In this document: positions 27,794 through 41,163 of the stretch, one piece after another
Layout: each line of letters starts with the position of its first letter
Position numbering within the stretch: position 1 is the stretch's first letter
Source: Spironucleus salmonicida
Taxonomy: Eukaryota
Assembly: GCF_000497125.1 (NCBI RefSeq)
Contig: NC_090597.1
Coordinates: 755,797 to 819,796, forward strand
DNA length: 64,000 nucleotides
Direction: 5' to 3'
The notes under the pieces: model-generated
The model's database searches: none
What the model saw: only the letters and a program-made list of their open reading frames with translations
What the model was told of the DNA's origin: nothing
Made by a program: the position numbers and the translations under genes

Positions 27794-28475
27794 TGGTAAT
27801 AGTTCCCGAAAAATATATACGAAAAATGGTTTCGCAACGTAAAATGCGAAAATCAAATTTTACCCGAGGAGTAAATTATTATCTTCTATAATCGCTTTTA
27901 GAAGTAATATATGGGATAATGATGTCAGTAAAATGAATTTTTTTTGTTAGTAAGTTACATGTAGTTAGGTATGAAGCAATAGGTACTACATCATAGTTAG
28001 AGGTAGTTGATAGCACAATCTAAGGATGCATAACAGAAATTAGTATAATAGTCCCAACTTCTACTAGCTGTTAGTTCAATAGCATTATTAATACACTCGA
28101 TACTAATTGAAGTTAAATTTTAATATCGCAAATGCAAAATCATACATTCTGATACTCAACTTGTATTAGTAATATTATCTGATATTAAATTAATACTCGT
28201 TTATTGATAGACTAATTTTTGCAGATTCATAAAGTATTCAGTTTCAGCGTGAGATACATTAGGTATCTATACTGAGCTACTGCGTCTTAGTATATCCTAA
28301 TTTTTACGTTCAGTTACAAATTTGTTACTAATCATCCGATATACAATATGATTTTGATATTATATATTAATTCAAAAAATATTTTAGTATATATTTCCTA
28401 TATAATCAAAGTTACTGAAAAATATTTTGTATTATTACATACTCAGAATATTACTAAAAATAGAAACTGCTAAAA

Positions 28476-29444
28476 ATGAAAACCAAGTGCGACAACGGCT
28501 CTAAAACATGCCCCGCTATGTACGCATGTCCATCCGATGCCGCCTCCTCTAATGAGAAAAGCTGTGTCTAGTGCACTATTGTCGGTAACGATGGATGTAA
28601 TGCTTGCACAGCTGAAAATCCTGACATCTGCACTGAGTGCAACCCAAAATTTTACCTTGATTCCGGCACTACTTAATGCGTTGCATGCTCCTCCAACTGT
28701 TTTACTTGTGATAGTGGGGCTCAATGCACTGTCTGCGCTGCCGGCTTCGAACTAGATGGTGGCACGTGCGTAGCCTCTGATGTGATCGCGTGCGATGCAG
28801 ATAATCCTTGCTAAGACGGCCAATTCTGCGAGATAAAGATCTCTGGTAAGACCTGTATTTCTTGTCCTACTTCTTGTAAGAAATGTACTAGCTTGACAAA
28901 GTGCACAGAATGTATAAATACGCAGCAGATGAATACTGACTAGACATGCACGGAATAATGCGAAGATGATACAGAAGTATTATACGCATGCGTAAACAAA
29001 ATAAACATCCCTTGTGGTAGCTACAAGCAATAGACCTCCTGCAGGTGCGGTCCTGTTGCTTAGAACTGCCTCACTTGTTAGGCTGCTGCAGTACCAGAGG
29101 GTGGAACATGTACAGATGCTCGTTGTACATGTGGAAAAGATAGTCCTGACACTTGCACTGGTTGCATTGATCTGACTAACTATAGATTTGCGAATGAAAA
29201 ATGCATTGGTCTTGGTACTAATAAATGCTTAACTTGCCTTCCTGGTTATATCTTGAAGGATGATAATTGCACTGATTGTGCAGTAGGGGCTGAAAAAGTA
29301 GGGGAGTTCTGCTTCATCCCCAGAAAGGAGTCTGGGAACCTATCAGGCGGCGCTGCGGCGGGAATTGTATTAGGTGCAGTTGTGGTGGTAGGAGCTGTAG
29401 GCGGTGGTCTGGCGTATTACTTCATCAAGAAGGCGAAGAAGTGA
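28476..29444 (+). CDS. CRMP1: cysteine-rich membrane protein 1 type, 322 aa
   Basis: MKTKCDNGSKTCPAMYACP... reads without TGA to [20 protein letters not shown], a terminal [KR][KR]x[KR][KR] motif. Length 969 = 323 codons. Confidence 0.92.
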
Positions 29445-29499
29445 AAAGTATTTTAATTATTCACATTAACATTGATTATTATAATATTATAGAGACTTC

Positions 29500-30500
29500 C
29501 TAAATTTTTTTATATGCCTCAACTATCAACAACAATATCCAAATTAGTCGTTATAATACTAAATCCAGGTTTCTAGTAGGTTCCTAATCAAATGCTATAT
29601 ATCTGTGAAGTTTTCTCAACTTTTTCAAAGTATATTATAATGAATAATATTGTTTATAAGGTATACTTTACTAATTACGCTATTATTTTGATATTTTGAG
29701 ATTATAGAAATAGGGCCATTAGACGGTTTACAGTAGCGTGCCAGCATATAATACTCCATTTAACACAATAATCATGCCTTAAGGCGATCTTTGGGTATAG
29801 ATTTATACTATTCGAAACATTAAATTTATATAGTCTTCATTTTCAACTAATGGGTGAGAATATAAAACAATACTATTATATAAAATATCAGTCTCCAATA
29901 TTATATCCTATTCAACATGAACGTATTTAAAGGTTTAAGATTCTTCAATGTGAGAATGCTTAAGTAACCTTAATATGCATTATTAGTGTTGATTATTATT
30001 ATATTAAGTACCCTTCCTAAATTATTATTTTATCACACATCTAAACTATATCAACAAGACTCAGCTGGGTGGTTATAATCCAAATCCAGGCTTCTAGTAG
30101 GTTCCTAGTCAAATGCTAGACATCTGGGAAGTTTTCTAAAAAAATTAAAAATAAATTGTAATGAATATTATTACTTATAGGATATAGAGTTTACCAATTA
30201 TACTATTGTGTTAATATTTTGAGATTATAGAAATAGCACCATTGGACGGTTTAGCGTAACATGTATGAGTATAATACTCTTTTTAATACAATAATCACGC
30301 CTTAAGGTAATCTTTGGGTATACGTTTATATTATTCAAAACATTAAATCTATGGAATTTTCATTTTCAACTAATGGGTAGAGAATATATAATAATAATAT
30401 TATATAAAATATCATTTTCCAATATTTTATCTTATTCCAAATGAAAGTATTTAAAATTTTAAGTTTCATAAATACGAAATTTTTAACTTAATTTAATATT
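29500..30500 (+). repeat. diverged tandem duplication, period ~521 bp
   Basis: aaatccagg.ttctagtaggttccta at 29561 and 30082; gagattatagaaatag, atctttgggtata and cattttcaactaatgggt also occur twice. Confidence 0.85.
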
Positions 30501-30907
30501 AATTTAAGTTTTTAAACAGAAAAGCACAATTTATCAATCTTCAAATATTTCATTCATATAATCAGTAAAAATACTTCTATAATAGCTATAACCAATTAAA
30601 ATAAGTATATTTTTATGAAAATGCAAATACTTTCGTTTTCTCAAACTAGATATGCTAAATTTAGCAAATGTAAAAATATATTAAACTCTTGAATATTAAT
30701 TATAGCATATGTTTCAAAATCCTCAGAATTCTAAAACTTACTATTTATATATTATTTATCCTTATTCAAATCACACTATTGTATCTAAATTTAGACACTG
30801 ATACTTTAAGTATATATAACATAATAAGTTAATTGGAGAAACAAAATCTTACCAATGATCCATATAATCATTTATACCTGGCATAACGGAAAATCATATC
30901 GCTTAGA

Positions 30908-32791
30908 ATGCTAGGCACCTGCTCTAGCACTACTAACAACTGCACAGGAAAAAGTTTCTGCCCAGACTAAGCTGGTAAGCTCACTCAATGCTTGCCCTGC
31001 AAGGATGAATGTCTCACGTGTTCGGGAACTACGGCTGGTAACGCAATCTGCGAAACTTGCCGTCCTGGAATGTTCCTTACGGACCGCGATACTTGTGCCG
31101 ACTGCGATACGAAATGTCTCACCTGCGCAAGTTACAACAATGCATGTACAAGTTGCAGGGTAGGGGAGAAACTGAGCTCTGATGAGTGCTTTACGGCGTG
31201 TACATCTAATTCCGACTGCGCTAGCAACCAGTTTTGCGAGAATAAGCTGTGTTATACCTGCTTAAGTAATTGCGCTACGTGTGCAGACACGACATTCCAC
31301 TGTACGAGCTGTTCTAATGGAAGCGGTCTTGTACGTGGCTCCTGCAGGAAATGTACTGCTAGTAATTGCGATAACTGCGACGGATAACTTAACACCTGTA
31401 AAAAATGTAGTCCTGGTTTTAGACTATAAGGTACCTCCTGCTAGCCATGCTCAGTTACGAATTGTGCGAATTGCGCTGCAAAGAAAGATACCTGCGAGCT
31501 CTGCAAAAATAACTACCGTCTGAGCGGCAATACCTGTACTGCATGTGCTGAAAATCTTAACTAAAAGTGCTAGTGCGGTATGGCCGAGAATTGCACTACA
31601 TGCGGTGCTAGCAATTCTGGCATTTGCGGAAGCTGCTTGCCAGGATTTTTCAAGGGGACCGATACAGGGAGTGATACTTGCATTGCGTGCCCTGTCAACT
31701 GCACAACCTGTACTTCTAGCTCCGTTTGCACCGCTTGCGAGGATCGGTTTTCTATCGATGGCAATAACTGCGTAGCCTGCGCCGACGCAAACTGCAATAC
31801 CTGCTCAACTAACAAAAACACATGCACGGCATGCAAAGATGGCTTTGTATAATAAAGCGGCAAATGCGAAAAACTATGCAAACCAGATGACGGCATCTGC
31901 GCTATGGACCAAATCTGTGACAGTGTTTGCAAAACCTGCACCGGCAACTGCGCTACGTGTAAGGACTCTGTAGACAAGTGCGTGACCTGCAAATCTGGGT
32001 TTACTTTGGAAGACGATAAATGTGAAGCGTGCCCCGACGGCTGCGCGAACTGCGACGGCGGTTAAAATAGTTGTAAAATTTGCAAGGACGGTTGTTATAT
32101 GTAAGATGGAGATTGCAATAGCTGCGAAGGAAATATGACAAAACAGTGCAAGTGCGATGAAGCAGTTAACTGTGCTACCTGCGATACTTCCAATAAAGGA
32201 AAATGTGGAACCTGTATCACCGGTTACAAAAAGGCTACAGGAGACACCTGCTCTACTTGCTCCGACGGCTATTTGATGGTTGGAATTGCCTGTGCGAAAT
32301 GCAATAATAATTGTGCTACGTGCTCGAAAAGCCTCGAAAAGTGCGATACATGCGTCAGTTCTTACAACATTAGCATAAATTAAACGTGCGAGAAGGATTG
32401 TACGGAGGCACTGACAGATGACAAGGTGTGCGTCGCCGAAAAGATAGTGGATTGTGGAGGCACCGATCAGATAACTGCATGTAAATGTGGCACTACTGTA
32501 AACTGCTTCAAATGCGATAGTTCTGATAAGGAAAAATGCGAGTCCTGCATGACAGGCTACAAATTAGAAAATTAAAAGTGCGACAGCTGCGCGGACGGGT
32601 ACACAGATCTGGCTACTTTCTGCTTCATCTAGGGCGAAACTACCGATGTCAACCTCTCTAGTGGCGCAGTTACAGGCATTATCATCGCGGTTTTGCTCGT
32701 GGTGGGAGGAGTAGCAGGTGGCGTGTTCTGGTGCATGAAGAAGTCCAAGGTTAATTCGGAGATTGAGACATCGAACTCTAACATTAAGTGA
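30908..32791 (+). CDS. cysteine-rich membrane protein (CRMP2-type), 627 aa
   Basis: MLGTCSSTTNNCTGKSFCP... to GGVAGGVFWCMKKSKVNSEIETSNSNIK-TGA. Length 1884 = 628 codons; joins ORFs 30992, 31580 and 32135. Confidence 0.92.
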
Positions 32792-33110
32792 TAATTTACT
32801 TGATATCTGAGTTTAGGGGAAATATGGTGGTATTAAAGGTTAAAGTATTCTAGAGGGATAAATTACCAATCATTATTATATTTCTAAACCGATATAGATT
32901 TTGCTTGATACGACTGAACGTATGTTTCTATTGCTAATGAAGCACTGGGTGTGCAAACCTGATATTGTTAAACAAGAGATGTTAGTACTAGCCAATATAA
33001 TTAATTTTGTAAATTAAATAAACTTGAGTATTTTGCGCTAATATAAATCAAGATGGAAATAAATTGTGAACTTCTATTTCGTACTTAGTTAGGAGTTCTA
33101 GACCTGACCT
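32789..33110 (+). repeat. conserved 3' flank, homologous to the reverse complement of 50820-51140
   Basis: Shared blocks aatttacttgatatc, ttaaacaagagatgttagta, caatataattaattttgtaaatt and gaaataaattgtgaa. The first ~35 nt are also similar after the genes ending at 7613 and 23478. Confidence 0.85.
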
Positions 33111-33333
33111 TGTTGGGGGGGGGTATAGCCGATGTCAACTTTGGAAGAGTACGCTGATTGCTTCGATAAATTTGTGATTTGCATTTCTACTTGCAGTTCA
33201 GGTATAGCTGTTTATAATAGTATTTATTGATATATAATATTAACTTTAGATGTTCCTAACGTGAAAAGTCACCTCCTTAATGTATTAGTACATTAATATA
33301 CAGGAATAAATTTGCAACATCCTAAAACGCCAA

Positions 33334-33564
33334 TCACATGAAGTCAGACTTCTTCCCTAGCCCCAGTTGGCCGTCCAGCCGCTCATCCAGCTCGTTTAGT
33401 TTCACTTTCATCCTGGAGTCGGCCTCGAAGAACGGCTTGGCGATAGAAAACGGAATCACACGCCTTGTGGTGTGACTGACGTCATGACTTAAGTCTATGC
33501 ATGAACTGTGGTGCTACATGTTCATCTCGCGGTGTAGGTGCATTCCGGCCGCGTGGAACGTCAT
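33334..33564 (-). CDS. hypothetical small protein, 76 aa
   Basis: GC-rich island that coincides with an ATG..TGA frame: MTFHAAGMHLHREMNMQHHSSCIDLSHDVSHTTRRVIPFSIAKPFFEADSRMKVKLNELDERLDGQLGLGKKSDFM. Third positions are GC-rich. Confidence 0.4.
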
Positions 33565-34829
33565 TCTCGATAATCTCAATGAACTGATATTGTTAATTAT
33601 ATGAGTATGGCTGGTTTATGCTTTATTTTTTTCTTGATTAGTTTTGCTATTAAATTCACCTTGCTGAAGTAGAAAAAGAATTCAAGGAAATATACAAAGT
33701 AAAATATTATTATATATAAAAACATTATTGTTATATTTCCTAAATTAAACAACGTTTATCATCGTCGTGAGTTAGGCAGCTGCAACTGTAAACGTTATCC
33801 TATTTAAAATGTCAATATCTAGCATTGAAACTTAATTCGCTAGGCACCTCCAGGTAGAACTAAAGTTGGCTCCAAGCTACCAATTTAGCTAGTATGGCAG
33901 AGTCTGGACCCTATGACAAAGCACTACAGCATTATTACGCAACTTTCAGCAAATTATTACAGAAAAGTATATCTAAATTATTCTATCTCCATGCTCTAAG
34001 TGCGCATTCCTTCATACGAATTTTTGATATTATGTGCTGGTGGCTAGCGCTATCAATCTCGAAAGTTCAATAGAACAAGAGTATATTTTAGTATCCTCTT
34101 CTCCATCAGGTGCACCAATTAGCAGCCAAAGAACCCAAACATTACCTGATGGGATAGGCACTATTCACTTGTTTGACGATCTACCATATTTATTTCACTA
34201 TTGATACTAACTGAACTGCAAAGCTTTGCATACAATGGTAAGCAATATACGAAGTACATGATGGCAGGCAGGTTGCTTATGCAATATTTCGTAACAAACT
34301 AAATATCCATATAGGTATATGAATATAATAGCCAGAAAAATGAAAATTGCGTATTACTTGCCTGGGTGCGTGCTTGGCTATGGTAGGCTTGAACAACGAT
34401 TCTCTTACCGAGAGAGTCTACTAAAGCTATTTGATGGGACCAGCTTATTGATAATGCTTGGTAGAATCACGAGCGAATCAAATTTATCCACCTGAAGAGC
34501 CCACTGACATACAATTACTATCGTATTCATGTCTGGTCATGCCCAGCTGGTGCATATCCACTTAGTCTCGAATCTTGCGTCGACCTGTATGCATTCGGTA
34601 CAGTAGCTAGAAAACTAGCTCCCTGAGACGTTTACTATGTTAACCTAAGACAAGGAGAGCTTTCGGCTAGAATATTAAAGTAAGCGCATTCACCCCTACT
34701 TAAATCATCTAGTGCAATACCTACCACAACCCACCTACCTGTATTTTACGTGTTATTCCCAGACGCTAAATACGCTCACAGACTGCTAGCAAAGTTGTTC
34801 GTAACTCGTGAAATTTCTAACAAATATCG

Positions 34830-35640
34830 AGTCATTCACTGCATAACTGTTAATATAGCAGTACGCCAACCTTACCCAACAAATCCAATTACTCCCAACA
34901 CGCGAACCACACTGCCCGCAATCGCCCACGACCTATTAGATTCACCTAAGTATCCCTCTAAATCTTACAGCACAACCCCGCTAACGTCTCATGCTCCTCA
35001 GTACACTTCTCCTTATCTCCCTCAGAACATTCAACAACCATCCCTTACCGCCGTCCTGACCGTAGCTGCAGGAAATGCCTTTTCTGCGGCATCGCACTCA
35101 CATGCGGGGGAAATACCTTCCACTCAAGTGGTTGGAACGTCCTCCAGAAAATCGTTGCAGTTCGCGGTTCCGTTACCGAGTATGGTGGTAATGTAATAAT
35201 TCTCATCGCGGGAATTGCAAAATGCAGCAGACGAGAAAATATATCATTTTGACTCGCACAGGTGCAGCTGTTTGTTGGAGCGGAGCAACATGCCTTTGCA
35301 CTATTTGCTCAGCATTCTCTATACGTCGAACAATCGAATAGACTATTTTGGGCTCCCCTTCATTCCACCCGAAGGTATTTTGTGCAGGGTTGTGCGCATG
35401 CGGTGTACGGGATTTCGTCTAGAAAGGTATCAGGAGGGCCTTCAGCCCAAGAAGCGAATCCGTATTTCTTGCTGTCTACTGTCTTCCTGTCGTCGACATA
35501 CCATCCCAGGTCCAGCTTCGTGCCGTATGTGCACAGGACACAGTTCTCGGATCCTACGCTGGGGACTAGTAGACAGGATCGGCATAGCAGGGTTTCGCGG
35601 TGCCTTGCAGCTTGCGAGTGGTCTTCCGTTTCTCACTGAT
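34830..35640 (-). pseudogene. decayed paralog of the adjacent CRMP1 gene
   Basis: ENCVLCTYGTKLDLGWY...DTFLDEIPYTACAQPCTK aligns with [17 protein letters not shown]...[18 protein letters not shown] of 36143-36997. TM remnant AIAGSVVRVLGVIGFVG. Confidence 0.7.
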
Positions 35641-36142
35641 GTACTGTAGTATGATTCTCATAAATAGCGTAAATGGGTTTTCATGTTTTTCTATTTTGCT
35701 AAGTTCGGACTAGGTTGGGTATCCAGAGCTAAACTCAGGCTGGGCTGGTATCCTGCATATTATATAAACTAGATACCAAAATTAAACTTCCGCTCCAATT
35801 AATATTAGACACTAACGTATTATAATAATTATGAAACCCTATGACGACCACAGAAGTTCACTGGCGGCCAGCACTCGCCCTGCACGGCCAGCTATCCCAA
35901 TACTAGCATGCACAGAGTATGCAAAGCCACAGACAAGACAGTGGGTGATTGATACTTTGAGTTATCAGCCTGCATCTTCCAGCCAGCAGTAATTATTGCG
36001 CCTCTCCGGAGCACAGTTTTAGCCAATATTAAAATTTCCACTTTCCCTTATTCCCCGCATCTGCTGCTCAAATCCGCACGGCCTACGCTCCCGCACCGCT
36101 AGAGGGTACTGGGGTCATCTAGCCATATTATGCCAAATTCTA

Positions 36143-36997
36143 TCACTTCCTGGCCTTCTTGATGAAATAGTATGCCAAGCCGCCGCCAACTGCACCAGCA
36201 ACCACTAAAACCCCTATGATAATGCCGGCAATCGCACCACCACCTATTTTATTCTGCTAGTCTGCGTCCTACTTGGGCCAGCACAATCTTCCTCTAACTT
36301 CATACCCGTCCGTACATGCAGTGCACGCCCCTTGCTTCCCATTCACTGTATTGGGCAAACACGTATCACAGTCATTCTTAGCTTCATTGCAGGAGGCACA
36401 GTTTAAAGCATTTCCGCATTTGCAGGCCGAATCAAGCCCTTTCGCGCATGGAGTTGGACTGCCATCATTGCAGTATTAGCCATCTTGGAGGTTATTGCAG
36501 AAGGCCGTACACCTACCGTCTATGGTAGTAGTATAAGAGACTATACTACAAGCGTTGCACACTGTTTTTGAGGAGCAAAAAAGACACTTTGATTCACATT
36601 TCACGCAGCGATGTACTGACAAGTCACAGAAGGTAGAGAGTTCTTGTTCACAATCTTTTAAAGAATTGCAAACTCTAACGCATGTATCATTTTCCTTGAT
36701 GTAGCCCTCAGCGCAAGCCTCGCATGAATCAGGGCTCTTACACTTAGCGCACCCCTCTGAGCACGAGGTGCACTTCTCTCCATCTAGAAAACTTCCAGTA
36801 ATGCATCTTGAGCACGTATTATTTGTGCACTCTCTACAATGGGTATTAACTGTATTGTCCACACAGTAGCAGCCTTGGCCGAGTTTTATGTCACCGGAGC
36901 AAGGGAGGCAGATCACTTCCATGATGCTGGTCGCTGGGCAATAAAATCCTGCCTTGCAGCCGGTACTCGATCTACTACATTTTCCGGCGTCGTTCAT
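36143..36997 (-). CDS. CRMP1: cysteine-rich membrane protein 1 type, 284 aa
   Basis: [21 protein letters not shown]... to [20 protein letters not shown]. Length 855 = 285 codons; extends ORF 36476..37012 through TAA = Gln. Confidence 0.92.
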
Positions 36998-38869
36998 TTT
37001 GGATGGATACACGTATTATAATAGAGTATCTCCTGTATAGAATAACTTACCAGTTACGAATTTATTGAATATTGCTTGATATGGTATATAAGACAATATA
37101 TCCAGAAACTAAAAATGGAATAATGTATTTATATATATAAAGTTTATATTTGTGAGAACAGTTTTCCCAGTGTTTATTGCTTGTTTATGTAGATATGCTA
37201 CGTCTCCGAATGGACCCCTGGACCGGAACTGCATGAGGCTACCATGCGTACTGGTACCAGCGCGGTACACCGAGAGGGCCTTGGAGCAGGTAACTGGGAT
37301 ATGCAGGTACACCGCAATAACACCTCCCGAAAGCTCACTCTGCAAGGCAGCAAGCAGGCTTTGGGGGCTCTTACCACGCCCAACGATGTTAAGAAATAAG
37401 TGCGCTTCCCAGACAGCCTAGCATGCTCCTAAGAATTTACGCAAGGTATCCCCTCAAGGGCCTCATTGAGCTAGGCAACCTCCTGGAAGTTGGTCTGGGC
37501 CGCGCTGCAGTAGTTTTGCGACTAGCCTAGGCATCAGGTTGGTTCTAACCATCGTTATAAGCCGGTTTTCGCTCTCGGAATAATGAAATAGGGAAGTAAC
37601 CGAACTCAGTGCTAAGTATTCCAAGCAAAAATATGAAAATCCATATTGAAATACGAAACATCATTTTATTAAATTGAGAAACAATTTATATCATTCAATT
37701 ACATATTTCATAATCATATTTCATATATTTGCTAGTGTACCTACTACTCTACAAGCATATCAGTGTTTATATAATTTTCAAAAAATAAAGCTTCGATACT
37801 TAAAACAAGTCATTTTTAAAAATAGTTTGTGTCTTCCATATTAAATAATCTTGCTAACCACCCTCAGCGTGAGCAGGTCAAGGGAAATATGATCTCTTTA
37901 GAGATTGTATTTCCATTGGGTCGCCCAAATCGAATATATCAAATTCATAATTATATTTTAATTTTCAATATCGTATTTTTTAAAATACATAACTGGTGTT
38001 TTTATATTTAGAAGTTATTAACAAAGCTTGATCAGCCATGACAGAGAAGTAATATTCAAGCAAGATAAAATTATAAATACAAAAATTAAAATACTTAAAA
38101 CAAGATTTATTACAGATACTAGAAGAGGATCTTGATTTTATAAAAGTAAAGCTTTTAAAATACGAAATCTAAACAATAATGCAATGATCTGAATATGAAT
38201 ATTAAGCAATACAAAAACGAATATAGTTAGATATCCCTTATAGATAAATAACTCTAATAAAACAAATACTAAATAATTTATTCTAATAAATTAATTAGAT
38301 TAAACCAATTATAAAAGTTTTAACTGATATACAATACAATTAAATAGTAAAATTTACAATTAAATGAGTTCAAGGATAAATCTCATACCAGAGTCTTGAA
38401 TAATCTATCAAGCGATTTACTACAAAATATCACATTGCATAAATTCAATTACCAAAAGTAAAACAATTAATGATAGTATTAATTTAAATATAGACTACAA
38501 GTAAAATATGTTTGAAGAAAATAAATAGTAAGCAAGTAGTAAGTCACCCTCAAGAAGGTGCACACAGAATATTTGAATTTTTAAAATGGACTATTATTTT
38601 ATTACTCGCAATGCGAATGATAAAATCTGATATAGTAGATAGTATCCCAGAGAGGGGTCAAGAAAAAATATTTTTCCTATTTAAAAATTCAAAACGGTTA
38701 CTCACCAAGGGCGACCACTAAATTGGGTCAAAATAGTTAACTTTAAAATTTTCTAAAGCTACTAATTCTAATTATGTGGTTCATACAATGGGGATTTGTT
38801 AGTCTATGTATTATTCTGACTACAAACTATGAAATTTTGAATTTTAGCGTTAAATTAAAAGATACTCTG

Positions 38870-39720
38870 AGTACTGACACTCCTCGCCTTCTACTGCTAG
38901 GACCCCCTTATAACTTTGCCAACGTTTTTTTAAATGTAACCCTTGCAGAGTAGCATTTAATATCAGCAAAAAATACCATTTTCACCCTCTAGGTGATGCG
39001 CCAAACCAAATATCTGTTGCCAAATTATGACGAATTCACCATAGTCTCTGCTCTACCAGATACCTAATTTTATAAAATGATACCAGTAGAAGGTTGCAAT
39101 CGTGCGTTCCGCACCAGCAGTTCTGCCTCTTTCCGACCATCCTCTGCTCAAATATTCAACGTGGCGTGCACGCTAGGAATAGGTGCTACACATCGCTGCG
39201 TGCCTTCTGATTACGCAAAAACATTTCTTACCCTTTGGTGCATGCCCTGTTCCCGTCTTGCGCGCAGATGCTTCGCACGGGAGGTTGCAAATTTGGTTAT
39301 TTGGAAGTCTTTCAGCGGGAGTGGGGCAGAAAATTACCATTTTCATTAAATCTTGTTGTGCGCTATTTGAGGTAGAAATGAGTATTTGATAATAATTCTG
39401 CGAGGGCAGTTAGCATCACATAAGAGAGTTTACGGTGATAATTTAAGGAATAGGTTGATTGCGGTACTAAGTGCATTGCGCTCATGGTGATTAGGTGTGC
39501 TGAGTTTGCGCAGTTTTAATAGTTCTGGAATGAGAGATGTTGGGCGAGAAGGCGTCGTGAGCATTTTTGTGTTGCTACAATAAACTGCTATTTATCAGAT
39601 TATAACGTTTGGGCTGGTGTAGTTGTGGATTGGATTTGCTTATGTAGAGATAATTTATTGTATAGTAGTTGGAGTAAGTATAGTTTTGATGAATTTGAAA
39701 TATCGATATCTTACCATACG
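38870..39720 (+). pseudogene. probable decayed short-type CRMP
   Basis: GC island of CRMP size with remnant CNPCR, CMPCS and HRCVP motifs and a hydrophobic end. No continuous frame. Confidence 0.4.
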
Positions 39721-40291
39721 CAGGAGTACGAAATTCAACTTTAAGGTAATTTTAAAGTAATGGTACAATAACATGTCATACTGTTATATTTATCTATTAT
39801 GCTGTCCGAATTTGAAAATAATTAAAGTATGCAAAACTGAAACTGAAATATTTAATAATAGTACACCCCGCAGAATCACTCTAAAGATAGTAAGTTAAAT
39901 TTCATAAAATAGGCCATACACCAAATTTATGACTTAAAGTATTACTATCATTCATGCTACGTAATATCATGGAAAACATGCGTTTAGTTAATTTTTGCAG
40001 AACTTCTAAGGCTTTTGAACTAAAATATATTACTAATTACTCATATGGTGCTATTTGTATTACATGTGGTAAATCGATCTATCGATGCCTTGCTTTGACC
40101 TCATGCTAATTTTATCTCAGATTATCAAGTATTATCGTATTAGGTCTAGCAAATTGAAGTATATTGTGGTGGGCTCAAGTATTCCGTAACGAGCTGCTGT
40201 CAGCTAAGTATCGCGAAGAGTAATGCATCGCTAATTAACATTTAAGTTCACTTAGAATTTTTGGCCATGTATTCTTTCACAACTGGTACCA

Positions 40292-41163
40292 TCACTTCTT
40301 CTTTTTCTTGAGGAAGTAAATGCAAGTCCACCTTCGACTACACTTACTGTTAATATTCATATTATAACAATTCTGGATAATCTAACGTTATACATTTCAT
40401 CAAAAAACAGATATTTCCAAGTTTCTCAGCACATTCTATGCATTCTCAGCATTGTTAGTATTTGGGTAAATACCCCAGAAAGACTATAACTTCCACTAGA
40501 TTAACGATTTAGGGCTCATGAATGTCTAGAGAGCAGATAGTTCCTAGAGTCTATGCAGCCCGTGCATTCCCATTATCTTCATCAGAATATATGCATAATG
40601 GATCAGTACAGGGCCTATCTCTTATTTCTTAAATTGTTTGACAAATAAGGCAATTAGGTGCTCCTGGACCACACCTGCGTCGTGGTGTCTGGCCAGCGGA
40701 GCAGTAGTCAATAATAGGATTATTAGCATAGGCATAACGTTCAATACGGCGGCTACATCATGCTTACTTATGTATGATGCGTCACTTAGTTCGGATTTTT
40801 ACATTTGAGCACTACTCGACTGACTTCATGACTCGCATGTGCGAGAAAGTGCTCCAGGAATTCCCAGTGGCTTTAATTCGCAAAACTAGCAGCATTGAAA
40901 AAGTGTCTTGGACCACAAACGCCCAATAATTGCAGATTTTATTCAGTTGTCGTCTACAGCTTTAAATCTTGTGGCGAAAGCTGTGCATTTTGAGCACTAT
41001 CTCAGTATGCAGAATTACCAGAACATGCATACACTAGGCTGATACACGAACTAAACAATAATCTGATTTTGTTACTACATGCGCCATTACTACATCTGTT
41101 CAGGAAATTACACCAGGGTTATCTTCCGTGCTGTATTAAATGAAGACATTTAGTTTATTGCAT
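40292..41163 (-). pseudogene. decayed CRMP1-type gene
   Basis: VVEGGLA, a frameshift, then YFLKKKKK-TGA. The frame from ATG 41163 meets a TGA after about 53 codons. Confidence 0.65.

Noticed and set aside
33115-33123. G9 run
   Set aside because: Isolated homopolymer, with no telomeric repeat or G4 pattern.
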